Positions 37,528 to 47,808 of a stretch of DNA of 53,873 nt are shown piece by piece (position 1 is the first letter of the stretch; the number at the start of each line of letters is the position of its first letter). Origin of the DNA: an uncultured Candidatus Bathyarchaeia archaeon (lineage in GTDB: Archaea; Thermoproteota; Bathyarchaeia; 40CM-2-53-6); NCBI GenBank assembly GCA_964394935.1, contig CAYMZN010000005.1, positions 1 to 53,873 on the forward strand, written 5' to 3'. Below the pieces are notes generated by a model. That model was given only the letters and a program-made list of their open reading frames with translations, was not told the origin of the DNA and made no database searches. The position numbers and the translations under genes are program-made.

Positions 37528-39273
37528 GTGACAGCGTCAGAAACATTGGAACTCGAAGCGAGGAAAGCAGCCCTCCTGAATGCCATCAAACACGACGGCA
37601 AGGCCGAAGCGGGAGCAGTTATCGGCAGAATACTAGGCGCTCACCCCGAGCTGAGACAAAGAGCAGCAGACATCCGCTCCCTCGTCTCCCGAGTCGTCGA
37701 GCAAGTAAACACGATGAGTCTGGCAGAGCAGCTGAAGATCGTGGAAGAGAGCTGGCCTGAGGAGCTAGTGAAGGAGAGACCGAAAGCCAGGCGAGCGCTT
37801 CCTCCGCTCCCCAATGTTGATAAGTATCCGAAAGTTGTCACGCGTTTCTCCCCGAACCCGGATTCCGTACTTCACTTGGGGAACGCGCGCGCTGTGATCC
37901 TCAGCCACGATTACGCCCGGAAATATAATGGGAGTTTCATTCTCCGTTTCGAGGACACCGATCCCCGATTGAAGAAGGCTGCACTCCAGTACTACGACCT
38001 GATACGCGACGACCTGAGGTGGCTTGAATGCTCCTGGGACGAGGAGTATCTTCAGAGCGACCGTTTGGAAACATACTACCACTACGCGGAGGAGCTGATC
38101 AAGAAATCGGGCGCATACGTATGTGGATGTAAGCCCGAAGATTTCAAGCAGCTCATCGAGGCTGGGAGAGCGTGTCCTTGCCGGAGTATTTCTACGGAAG
38201 AGAACCTGGCGCGTTGGATAGGCATGCTCGAAGGCGAGTACGGGGAAGGCGAAGCGGTCGTTCGTGTCAAGACAGATCTCAGTCATCCCAATCCAGCGGT
38301 GCGGGATTGGCCCGCGCTCCGTGTCATCGACCCTATGAAGTATCCTCATCCCCGCGTTGGGAGCAAGTATCGAGTTTGGCCTTTGTACAATATGGCGTGC
38401 GGCGTCGACGATCATCTGATGGCGATTTCGCATGTGATTCGTGGCAAGGAGCACCTCACAAACATGGAGCGGCAGAGGTACCTCTACCGGCACTTGGGTT
38501 GGCAGTATCCAGATGCCATCCACTACGGCCGCCTCCACGTGTTCGGGATGGATCTCAGCAAGTCCAAGATGATGCGGGCACTCGAAGAGGGCATCTATAG
38601 TGATCTGAGTGACCCTCGGCTGGGGACTCTGATGGCTCTCAGACGGCGCGGGATTACTCCCCAAGCTCTCAGAGGTGTAGTCTATGAGGTCGGACCACGC
38701 CCGGTTGACGCCACGATAAGTTGGGAGAACATTTACGCCGTCAACCGGAAGATCATCGATACAGTCGCCCGTAGGTTCTTCTTCATCGACAAGGCAGTCG
38801 TGCTATCGGTTACTGGAGTGAAGAGTAGTCGTACAGTCAGAGTTCCCGTTCATCCCGACCACACCGAAATGGGCGCAAGAGAGATCACCGTCGAGGCCAA
38901 GGACGGCACATGTCATCTCCTCATTTCGAGGGGAGATCTGAACATTCTGAAACCCGGGGTCGTCGTGAGATTGATGGAGTTGTTCAACCTCAAAGTCAAC
39001 CAGGCTGGCCCTGACGGAGTCGCTGGTGAGCTTCACAGCGAGACCCACGCTGAAGCCAGAGAAGTGAACGCCCCGTTGATCCACTGGCTTCCCAAAGAGC
39101 GTAACTGTAAAGCCAGAGTTGTGATGCCGACCGCTGAGCGGATCGAGGGCCTAGGGGAGCCTGCCCTGACGACTTGCCATATGAACGAGATCATTCAGCT
39201 TGTCAGATACGGTTTTGGCAGGGTCGACGCTGTCAGCCAGAATTCTGTCACAGTGTATTTCGCTCACCGATAG
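37528..39273 (+). CDS. gltX: Glutamate--tRNA ligase (archaeal type)
   Basis: RFSPNPD..LHLGN (HIGH), LRFEDTDP, SHVIRGKEH, LSKSK, QLVRYGFGRVD. Confidence 0.96.
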   Translation: MTASETLELEARKAALLNAIKHDGKAEAGAVIGRILGAHPELRQRAADIRSLVSRVVEQVNTMSLAEQLKIVEESWPEELVKERPKARRALPPLPNVDKYPKVVTRFSPNPDSVLHLGNARAVILSHDYARKYNGSFILRFEDTDPRLKKAALQYYDLIRDDLRWLECSWDEEYLQSDRLETYYHYAEELIKKSGAYVCGCKPEDFKQLIEAGRACPCRSISTEENLARWIGMLEGEYGEGEAVVRVKTDLSHPNPAVRDWPALRVIDPMKYPHPRVGSKYRVWPLYNMACGVDDHLMAISHVIRGKEHLTNMERQRYLYRHLGWQYPDAIHYGRLHVFGMDLSKSKMMRALEEGIYSDLSDPRLGTLMALRRRGITPQALRGVVYEVGPRPVDATISWENIYAVNRKIIDTVARRFFFIDKAVVLSVTGVKSSRTVRVPVHPDHTEMGAREITVEAKDGTCHLLISRGDLNILKPGVVVRLMELFNLKVNQAGPDGVAGELHSETHAEAREVNAPLIHWLPKERNCKARVVMPTAERIEGLGEPALTTCHMNEIIQLVRYGFGRVDAVSQNSVTVYFAHR

Positions 39274-39304
39274 AAGCACGACCGCCCGTGAAAAGCGGAA
39301 ATCC

Positions 39305-39318
39305 GGGTTTTTTTTCGC
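39305..39318 (+). terminator. Oligo-T tract downstream of gltX (archaeal-type terminator)
   Basis: T8 run at 39308-39315, about 35 nt after the gltX stop. Confidence 0.5.
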
Positions 39319-39356
39319 TGCAATGGTGCGCGCGCGCACACACCCAAAGCAAGGGT

Positions 39357-39875
39357 TCAAATTGCGACGTTCACATCACGAGACCCACACACACAGAAAA
39401 ATTCCCAACGACGACGGCCTGCTACGGGTTGGGGGAAGAATCCCCTAACAAGCCCACTTACCTTCCCGCGCCTCGCAATAACGTACGTGACCACAGCCAC
39501 GGTAACGATGCAGCCGACTAGGGCGATGACTACCAGCCACGGGGCAAGCACCGCGAGCCTGTCGACGCCATAGACTACTCCACCGACGGGAAGTTTAGCT
39601 ATCGGGTCGATCACCGCTTGCATCGTGAAGTTATGAGAACCTTCCACTCCGCAACAAGGATTAGTCGAGCCTGCCAGCGTGTTCCCGTAGACTGATCGGC
39701 CCTCGAAGTTGCAGCCGCTGGTATCGTACATAATAGCGTCTGCTATTGGTATGATAATTCCTTGCTGAATTACTACGTGGAAGTCTCCTGAGATTATTAT
39801 GTTCCGGCTGGAAATATCCACTTCGTTCCAGTCTGGAGCGTATTTTGTGACTGTTGAGAGGAAGAGGAGTTGCTA
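39357..39875 (-). pseudogene. Remnant of a cell-surface protein with a PVGG-type C-terminal membrane anchor
   Basis: WNEVDISSRNIIISGDFHV beta-rich domain, then PVGGVVYGVDRLAVLAPWLVVIALVGCIVTVAVVTYVIARR. In-frame TAG at 39873-39875 upstream and no signal peptide. Confidence 0.5.
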
Positions 39876-40079
39876 GAGGATTCCTCCCCTAACCCATTGG
39901 CTTTATTGCAAGAGGCAAGGGAAGGATTAGTCTCTTGTGTGTGGTGCTTGGCTCGGTGCGCACACGGAAAGGATCAATGATCCAAATCAGGACGCCCACG
40001 CCGAAACTTGTTTCAGAATGAGAAGACGTGAACACTCGCTGTTTCGAGAAGTAGCTAACTAGCATGTAATGGAACGCGT

Positions 40080-40592
40080 TCACTTCACTGGTGCTTCTTT
40101 CCGCTTGTCCTGAGACCCCTTGTCGTGCCACCTTGCTCCCACGATCTTCCAATGTTCCTTGAACTCACGTGCCTTCTCGTCGAAGGATACGTCATCCAAC
40201 TCTGCTCGGATTCCGAGCCCACTCAATGCCGCAAGCATAATATTCGTCATGTAGTGCGAAGGATGGTTTCCTTCCTTCAACAGCTTCACGGAGGATTCGG
40301 TTACCGAAACTCCATACATCTCAACGAACGCCTCATCATCACCAAGTCTGTTAATTTCGATCTTCTCCATGTAGCCAGTCGACTCTAGGTACCTCGCGAT
40401 ACCTATCAGATTTTCCAGAGGTCTATTTCTCTTATCGATCTTGACAAACCCTCTTCTCACCGCCTCGTCGAGATGATATTGCCCCACGTTTCGGAAGAAC
40501 TGCACTGACTTTTCACCCAAGTGCTCATTGACGGCTCGGCAGATTGCATAGTTGATTGTGTCCAGAAATTCCGGCTTTACGCAGTTCCCCAT
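40080..40592 (-). CDS. Hypothetical protein, V4R/H-NOX-like ligand-binding fold
   Basis: Helical N-half (LGEKSVQFFRNVG), then G(Y)-strand-strand (EKIEI, AFVEMY), a helix and terminal strands. Start taken at ATG 40592. Confidence 0.5.
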   Translation of the reverse strand: MGNCVKPEFLDTINYAICRAVNEHLGEKSVQFFRNVGQYHLDEAVRRGFVKIDKRNRPLENLIGIARYLESTGYMEKIEINRLGDDEAFVEMYGVSVTESSVKLLKEGNHPSHYMTNIMLAALSGLGIRAELDDVSFDEKAREFKEHWKIVGARWHDKGSQDKRKEAPVK

Positions 40593-40709
40593 GATTCCCC
40601 ACAAATTCTGTACTGCCCTGATTTTGATCTTAAGAGTTTCTAGGAGCCTGCAAGATCGCTTGCTAGGATTCTGATGTTTTGCAACTGGCGCGCTCAATGG
40701 AGTCCAGGG

Positions 40710-40773
40710 GTTCCACGTGATACAGCGTGACTTCCACGTCTCACTTACACGTCGAATTTACGACTTCCACGTT
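40710..40773. repeat. Four imperfect direct copies of (C/G)TT(C/A)CACGT in intergenic DNA
   Basis: GTTCCACGTG 40710, CTTCCACGTC 40731, CTTACACGTC 40744, CTTCCACGTT 40764. Confidence 0.7.
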
Positions 40774-41089
40774 TCAGCCCAAACAGGCTCCTTACCTATA
40801 TCCCCGGATGCTTCGTGCCGGCACTAGAATTTGAATGGTCCTTATGTGCACATCAAAGCCGGTCAAAATGAGGCGTTTCGAGATGTCAGACACCCAGAGA
40901 AGGGTGTCAGCCACCCAAGGCGGGCAGGGACCCCAAGAGGGGTGTGGATCCAGTGCAGGAGGCGCAATCGCTCGGTTAGCTGAAACATCTGTCGAGAGAT
41001 GGAATGGCTGAAAGCTAGGGCGGCTTGGCTGTTCGGCTTATCAATTGGTCGAACACCTGTAGTCCACCGGAACGCTGGGAAGAATCGAG

Positions 41090-41548
41090 ATGAGAACCGG
41101 CGCAGGAACAGAATTTCGTGACGTAGTGAAGATCTCGAAGCTCATCAAAGTCCCAATGAGCGAGGTTTTCGCTTGGTGCACAGACTACTCTGATTCGGAT
41201 GCCCAGATCACAGGATCCGGAGGACCCAAGACCCGGAGAATCACTGCACGCGATAGTAGAAAGGTTGTCTTCGTCGACACATACGCCGACCCTGCAATCA
41301 AGGCGAGAACAGTAGAGGTCTCACTACATCCGCCCAACGAGTGGCGCGCCAAGTTTAGTGGCGGAAGGTGGGATGGAACCGGCATCTATACTCTCACAGA
41401 AACCCCTGAGGGAACTAGGCTCGACATAGTCTTCCGAATAGAGAAAGCGATGGAAGGGTACACCGCCAAAGACCTAAGGCAACGCGCCAACGAGATCTGG
41501 GACAGGTACGATGCCGAGATCGAGAAGACGTTGCGGTCAACGCGATAG
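41090..41548 (+). CDS. SRPBCC/START-like domain protein
   Basis: KLIKVPMSEVFAWCTDY...YTLTETPEGTRLDIVF and a C-terminal helix. Confidence 0.65.
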   Translation: MRTGAGTEFRDVVKISKLIKVPMSEVFAWCTDYSDSDAQITGSGGPKTRRITARDSRKVVFVDTYADPAIKARTVEVSLHPPNEWRAKFSGGRWDGTGIYTLTETPEGTRLDIVFRIEKAMEGYTAKDLRQRANEIWDRYDAEIEKTLRSTR

Positions 41549-41633
41549 TCTTTCCGGAGCGGTCCTCATCGGCGGCCGGGCGACGGAACCATTAAGCGAT
41601 GAGCGCCCTCTATCGCTGGATAGGTGAGATGGG

Positions 41634-42041
41634 GTGACCTTCACCTACACGGGCATCAGGGTTCGAGACCTCAAACGCTCACTGGCCTTCTACACGAAAG
41701 TCATGGGACTGAAGCGAGTTCACCGAGGAAGAATGAGGGCGGGAGGAATCTTCGTGCAGCTGAAGGACCCGCGATCGCGCCAGATGCTCGAACTGAACTA
41801 CTACCCACAAGGAACAAAGTACTACGAACAATTCAAGACCGGCTCGGAACTAGATCACCTAGCCTTCTGGGAGCGAGACGTAGACAGGAAGTACGAAGAA
41901 CTGTTGAGCAAAGGCTGCGTCAAGGCAGTTGAGCCCTTCTCGGAAGGCGGCTACAGATTAGCTTTCGTGAAGGATCCCGACGGAATCTGGCTCGAACTGA
42001 TAGGCAAGGATAGAAGAGCGAGACGACGACGGGTTCGCTGA
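41634..42041 (+). CDS. VOC/glyoxalase family protein
   Basis: YTGIRVRDLKRSLAFYT, LELNYY, LDHLAF, FVKDPDGIWLEL. Confidence 0.9.
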   Translation: MTFTYTGIRVRDLKRSLAFYTKVMGLKRVHRGRMRAGGIFVQLKDPRSRQMLELNYYPQGTKYYEQFKTGSELDHLAFWERDVDRKYEELLSKGCVKAVEPFSEGGYRLAFVKDPDGIWLELIGKDRRARRRRVR

Positions 42042-42145
42042 AAGAAATTGCTCTCAATAACAGACTACGCCGCCATTGTTACGGCATAGCCTTTTCCTGA
42101 GCCCCTGCTCCGACGAACCAGTCAAGACGATTTCTTGAGTGAGCA

Positions 42146-42460
42146 CTACTTCTTCTTGACGAGCACATCGGAACCTCGTAATGTGACTTCGAAGGAAGTT
42201 TCATCTTTCTTCGGAGGCGGTGCAATCACCTTTCCTGTCTTGAGGTCGAAACGTCCCCCGTGGCAAGGGCATATGACCTCACTGCCATCAAGCGTCCCCT
42301 CGCTTAATGAACAGCCTCGATGTGTACAACTATCGGTGATTGCGTAGAGGGCTCCACGAACATTCGCGACGAGTACATTTTCGTCCTGCACATTAACTTT
42401 CTTCATCATTCCTGCCGAGAAATCGCTTAGCTGACCGATCTTTGTGAACCCTTCACTCAT
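42146..42460 (-). CDS. Rieske [2Fe-2S] ferredoxin
   Basis: CTHRGC...CPCHGGRFDLKTG. Start taken at ATG 42460. Confidence 0.92.
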   Translation of the reverse strand: MSEGFTKIGQLSDFSAGMMKKVNVQDENVLVANVRGALYAITDSCTHRGCSLSEGTLDGSEVICPCHGGRFDLKTGKVIAPPPKKDETSFEVTLRGSDVLVKKK

Positions 42461-42642
42461 CCGGAAGCTCTCCACAATTTCGCCGATACGATCTAGCGAC
42501 ATTTATGCCTTCACCCGATGAGGCGAATACTCTCTGCAGCATCACCGACTACAAAGTAGGACGAGGCGCCTCTGCTTGGTCCTCTTGTCTTGCTCGCTCA
42601 AGACAAGAGTATTTACGTGGCCAAATTCACACATCGTCCAAG

Positions 42643-43853
42643 TCATGCATGGGTCTCTTTAAGCATCAAACCGCAGATCACGTCGCCCCACGTCAGCAGT
42701 GCACATAGAGCTACCGCCGGAGCAAAAGACCCTGTGGTTGTTGAGAGGTAACCGGCTAACCACGGCCCAATTAGAGCGCCTACATATCCACCGACTAGCA
42801 TAAAGCCGCCAGCGGTTGCTGAGTATGATGGGCCTACCAGTTCTATTGGCATTGCCAATACTATGGGAGCCATACCCCCGATGAGAAACCCATAGATGAT
42901 TGCCGAAATCCGCAAGGACAAGCCTACGGTAGTTCCGACAAAGTAAACTACTCCACCTGCGAAAAGCGACGTCACCCAAATGAAGGGTTTCCGGCGACCT
43001 GAGCGATCAGATGCCAATGGTATAATGAGGCTGCCGGGGATCATAAAGAATGACATCATTGAAGCTATGACGCTTGCCGTGAGTGGGTCTGTTCCGTTGA
43101 GAACGAGCATAGTTGGAAGAAATCCGAGTAATGCGATCTGAGGTGCAAGCAGGAGAAGGGTCGTCAACATTAGGATCCACATATACTTGTTTCGAATTGT
43201 GACGGAAAGGGACTCCTTGAACGGCGCACTCTTAGGTTCGCCGGAGGAATTCGCTTCAAGAGAGCTGGTCCCGGATCTTGGTCTTTCCCGAGCCAAGCTA
43301 TCCATACAGTAGTCATTGCCAAGCTAAGCATCCCGATCACAATGAATACCCCTTGCCAAGATCCAGCCCAAGGAAGCAGTAGAGCAGGAATGAGAATGAA
43401 TGGCAGCTACATGCCGACTTCCATGCCACTGAACATGATGCCGCTTGCCAATGCGTATTGTTTATGTGGAAACCATACGCCTGTTACCTTGGGCAGGTTA
43501 GGGTAGGCTACTGAGTAACCAACTCCACATAGGAATGTGGTTATTGCCAATGTTGCGAAGTCTGTAGCGAACCCTCTCAGCAGACCAAAGACGCCCATTA
43601 TTGGGCCACCTACTAGAACTGTTATCCGAACGCTAAAGCGGTCAGCAAACAAACCTCCGGGAATACACAGAAGAACTAGGGACAGGGGAACCAACGCTAT
43701 TATGATGCCGACTTGCTCGAGCGTTACAGTCAGGTCCTTCATTACCCACAGCACCAGGGGAGGAAAACAAAACCAACTGGCACCAAGGGCGAACAGTATT
43801 AGCCACGTTGTCGCCGCCATCACCCAGCGATAGGTTTCAATTCTCTCCCCCAT
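42643..43853 (-). pseudogene. MFS transporter (CynX/NimT-like), disrupted
   Basis: YRW, GLFADRF, SDRSGRRKP. An in-frame TAG at 43407-43409 is followed by TM-coding sequence (LPFILIP..WAGSWQGVF), then a frameshift near 43295. Confidence 0.8.
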
Positions 43854-44332
43854 TATCCGCCCTCCCAGTCAGCTATCTCAGGAATCTTCTGCTCCCCATG
43901 GTGAGAGTTTTGGATTCAAGTCTTACCGTAGGCGACCTCTCGCAGGTCTTTCTGGCTTGCTCGACGGAGGCCGTTCGATCTGCGATGGCTGGATTCTCTT
44001 CCAACATGTGCTCAACTGGCACCGTCTGCTTAGGAAATCTAGATTGGAACCTGTTTTGAGAAACGAGCAAGCAAACTAAACATCGGAGTATGATGACCAC
44101 TGTCCGAATCAGGACACTAGTCATGGTTACATACCATATAGAGTAAACTCGATTGTCTAGAATCTCCGAAGCGGGACAGCCAGCTAGATGGTTTTGTTCA
44201 TAGGCAAATCGAGACTGTGAGTCAAGAGCAGAGAGCGGATGTATGCCGAAATTGACGTAGCCGAATCGTAAGTAAGCCACACTGACAAGAGCATGCCCGG
44301 TATCTTGTGATTCCTTGGACGCAGTTGAGCTC

Positions 44333-44986
44333 CTAAGACGCTACTAGCTTCTTGAAGAGCTCAACGGCGTCGACAGCGTTGTCGCTGTACCCTTCCGCTC
44401 CTATCTCACGCGCCCATTCAGGTGTTACTGCGGCTCCACCGACCGCTACCTTCACGCTCTTCCTGATGCCAGCCCTTGTCATCGCGTCGATAGTATTCTT
44501 CTGTTCCGGAGTCGTGACCGTGAGGAGTGCCGACATTCCGACTATCTGAGCCTTCGATTCCTTCGTCTTTTCTACGAACTTCTCCGGGGCTACGTCCACA
44601 CCGAGGTCGTTGACCTCGAACCCGGCAGTTTCAAGCATCACCGCAACGATGTTCTTTCCTATGTCGTGAATGTCTCCAAGGACCGTCCCAATGACCACGA
44701 TTCCAGTACTCTTCCGTTGTAGCTTGCGTTGTAGGATGACGGGTCTGAGCACCTCAACTCCTACTTTCATAGCTTCTCCTGCCATGACAAGCTCCGTGAG
44801 AAAAGCCTCGCCCGCCGCAAACCTGTCCCCGATTGTTCGAACGCCTTTCGATAGTCCATCGTCGATTGCTACGACGGGATCAACGCCGACCCGGACTGCC
44901 TCTTCGGCAGCAACACGGACCCGGTCGACATCCAATTCAAGCACGGCGGTCCTCAGTTTCTCGATAACGTCAGACTTCGAGCTCAT
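44333..44986 (-). CDS. Methyltransferase corrinoid protein (MttC/MtbC-like)
   Basis: GDRFAAGEAFL, GTVLGDIHDIGKNIV (DxHxxG), DLGVDV, MSALL, VGGAAVT. Confidence 0.93.
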   Translation of the reverse strand: MSSKSDVIEKLRTAVLELDVDRVRVAAEEAVRVGVDPVVAIDDGLSKGVRTIGDRFAAGEAFLTELVMAGEAMKVGVEVLRPVILQRKLQRKSTGIVVIGTVLGDIHDIGKNIVAVMLETAGFEVNDLGVDVAPEKFVEKTKESKAQIVGMSALLTVTTPEQKNTIDAMTRAGIRKSVKVAVGGAAVTPEWAREIGAEGYSDNAVDAVELFKKLVAS

Positions 44987-45170
44987 CTCGGCGGATCTCC
45001 GGTTTTAGACCGCAAAGAGTCACCGCTGTCCCAATATTAGCCTTAGGTCTCCCGGTCACCCTGCACTAGTGGAGCTTTTCCTTTCCAGTGTTGATCGCAT
45101 TGTGATTCTGTCGGATACGGAAATTTGTATATCGGCGGGGCTTCTACGTGGCGAGCGCGGCGCTTGGTGG

Positions 45171-45980
45171 ATGGTTCCACAGAAGAAGTCTGAGATCCTG
45201 TCCGAGAAAGCAAGGTCTGTAACTGTTGGTGGCGTCCACGACGAACTCCGATACACAGACCCGTACACGCTCTTCCTGAAACGGGCAAAAGGCTCCAAGA
45301 TCTACGACATTGACGGGAAGGCCTACACAGACTTCCTGCTGGGATACGGTCCGCTGGTTCTAGGCCATTGCCATCCCAAAGTGGTACAGGCCGTGAAAAG
45401 GGCAGCTGCGATCAGTGATCTCTGGGGAATCGGAACTACCGAGTTCGAGTACAAGCTCGCCGAGAAGATTACCCAGCATGTCCCATCAGCCGAGAAGGTC
45501 CGATTCTGCAACGCGGGTTCGCACGCAACCTTCCACGCGATAAGACTGGCTCGAGCCTTCACAGGAAAGAAGAAGATCCTCAAGTTCGAGGGAGGGTACC
45601 CTGGCTGGCATGACTACGTGGACATAAGCGTGATGCCGCCCCTCGACAAGGTCGGAACACCTTGGCCTGTGTCGGCCCGAATCTTGCCGGAAGGTGTGGC
45701 GCAGACGATCGTTCTTCCCTGGAATGACGTTGCCACTCTTGAACGAGCCGTTTCACAGTACAAGGACGAGCTCGCTGCAATTATCACTGAACTGATCCTC
45801 CACAACATAGGAGTCGTCATGCCAAAAGAAGGATTCCTTCATACGATAAGAGAGCTCACGGAACGGCACGGTATCATATAACCGCGTTCGGACACAGCAT
45901 GGGTGGCGCACAGAAGCTTCGACATAAAGCCCGACCTCAGCGCCTTCGCGAAGGCAATGGCTAATGGATACCCAATTGGT
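45171..45980 (+). pseudogene. Glutamate-1-semialdehyde aminomutase-like class III aminotransferase, disrupted and truncated
   Basis: GSKIYDIDG..Y.D...YGP.VLGH, AEKVRF, KFEG.Y. The FDE segment is deleted (GII* / ITAFGHSMGGAQK / PDLSAFAKAMANGYPIG in three frames), and similarity ends at ~45980. Confidence 0.8.
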
Positions 45981-46539
45981 GGAGGAAATCCAAGAACGTC
46001 GCCTCTCTCTGCTCTACTTGGATGCGCATCCGGATCTGTACGAAAGTTACCAAGGCTCGTCCTATTCTCACGCTACCGTTGTATCACGAATTCTCGATAG
46101 AAACAACTCCGGTTCAAGAACTGTTTGCTATGTGGGGATCAGGGCTTCCACTAGAGAACATGAAAGGATTAGGGATCTAGGATTAGTCGAGTACACAGCA
46201 CGTGACGTCTATACGAGAGGCTGTAGTGCGATCGCTTCTTCGATAAGGCCTGCGCTCACGGACGAACCGGTCTACCTTTCGGTTGACTTGGATTGCCTGG
46301 ATCCCGCGTTTGCGCCCGGCGTAGGAAATCCCCAGCCTGCAGGTTTGAGTACCAGGCAGGTGTTCGACATATTGCAAGGCGTTGAAGGCCTCGAAATTGT
46401 CGCCGCCGACATAGTTGAATACTCTCCTAGGTTTGATTTGGAGCGGACAACGGCCTTTACCTCGGCGATTCTGATCAAGGAGATAATGGGGGTAATGGCC
46501 GAAACCTCGTCACGCAACCTGTCGTCCGGGCGTCGGTGA
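45981..46539 (+). pseudogene. Agmatinase/ureohydrolase C-terminal two-thirds
   Basis: LDAHPDL, SHAT, GIR, VYLSVDLDCLDPAFAPGVG.P, DIVEYSP. The N-terminus including GGDH is missing. Confidence 0.8.
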
Positions 46540-46542
46540 TAG

Positions 46543-47613
46543 ATGCGTAGAAACCCCGGAAGGTACGATGTCGAAGAAGACATGACGATAATCTCTGGAG
46601 AGTCGGCCACGAGCCTGCTGTTCAGCCTAACCTATGCGATAGGAAAGGAGCTTACCGGGCGGGAAAACGTGGTGACGACCGACTATGAGCACTACACGAA
46701 CCTCAGCCCATGGCTCGAGCTGGAAAGAAGAGAGCTCATCCGCGAGCTCAGGTTTACTCACCTGAATATGGATGAGGGAACACTCGATCTGGATCATCTT
46801 CAGAGTCTGGTGGACAATGAGACAAAGGTGATTGCTGTCATTGCTGCCTCGAACGTGCTCGGCACAAAGAGCCCCTTACATGAGATTCGAAAGATCGCCA
46901 GAGCTGTAAACGCCTATTTTGAGGTAGACGCGGTTCATCACGCCGCTCATGGCCCAATAGATGTGCAAGCCATCGATTGCGATTTTCTAGTCTTCTCTGG
47001 GTACAAGTTCTTCAGCTCCCATGGAAGCTTCCTCTACGGGAAAGAAGGCCTTCTGGAGGCGCTCAGCCCCTACAACGTCGCTCCTGCGCCGAACTCCCCG
47101 CCCTACAAATGGGAGTGGGGGACTTGAGACCAATCGATGTTTGCCGCGATAGCAGGCGTTGTGGACCATTTGGTCTGGCTCGCTGATCAGATCGGCGACA
47201 GGTATGAAGACCTACTCAAAGGCTTCTCCGGCCGCCCGCGATCTCTGAAAACCGCAATGCACGCCATAGAGGAATATGGTCGAGACTTGTCTAGACTCGT
47301 CCTGGATGGACAAGGTGGTCTCCCGGGACTACTCCAAATGCGTCATGTGAAGGTCTACGGACTCAAGGATCTGAACCGACTGGAGGAGAGAGATCCGACG
47401 TTCGCATTCAAGATGCAGAATATGCGCGATCAAGATGTTGTCGAACGCCTTTGGACAAAGTATAGCATTTCCATGCGTGCCGAGGACTACTACTCCAGAG
47501 TTCCGAGAGTCTACGATGTTTCGACGATGATTCGCGCCAGCCTGGTACACTACAATACTCCAGAAGAAATCGCTGCATTACTGAAGGGACTCCATGAGAT
47601 TGATAAATCCTAA
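46543..47613 (+). pseudogene. Class V aminotransferase / cysteine-desulfurase-like protein, disrupted
   Basis: EHYTN, ASNVLGT, VDAVH, DFLVFSGYKF, IRASLVHYNT.EEI. Internal deletion after the N-terminal YDVEE and an in-frame TGA at 47125-47127. Confidence 0.8.
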
Positions 47614-47808
47614 GAGTTCACAATAGCGAATCTCGGATCGTCGGACATTCGTTCCCCACCTTAGACGCATGTGATGATTGGATGTTGGGTCCGAGAGAGA
47701 GAAGCGCAAATTGACCGGATAGATTTTTTTGTGCGAAAATGTCCGGCGGCGAATCGTTATCGTAACCGTTTTTGGTTGGAACGTTCGTGGACGTTTGAGG
47801 GAATAGTA

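Noticed and set aside
40710-40773. CRISPR mini-array
   Set aside because: The units are only 9-10 bp with irregular 3-11 nt spacers, and there are no cas genes.
43407-43409. Pyrrolysine readthrough in the MFS gene near the methyltransferase genes
   Set aside because: A second frameshift follows near 43295, the MttB has no amber codon, and no pyl genes are in the window.
43873-44280. 135-aa ORF between the corrinoid and MFS genes
   Set aside because: No recognisable motif, atypical composition and no convincing start. It is probably non-coding or heavily decayed.
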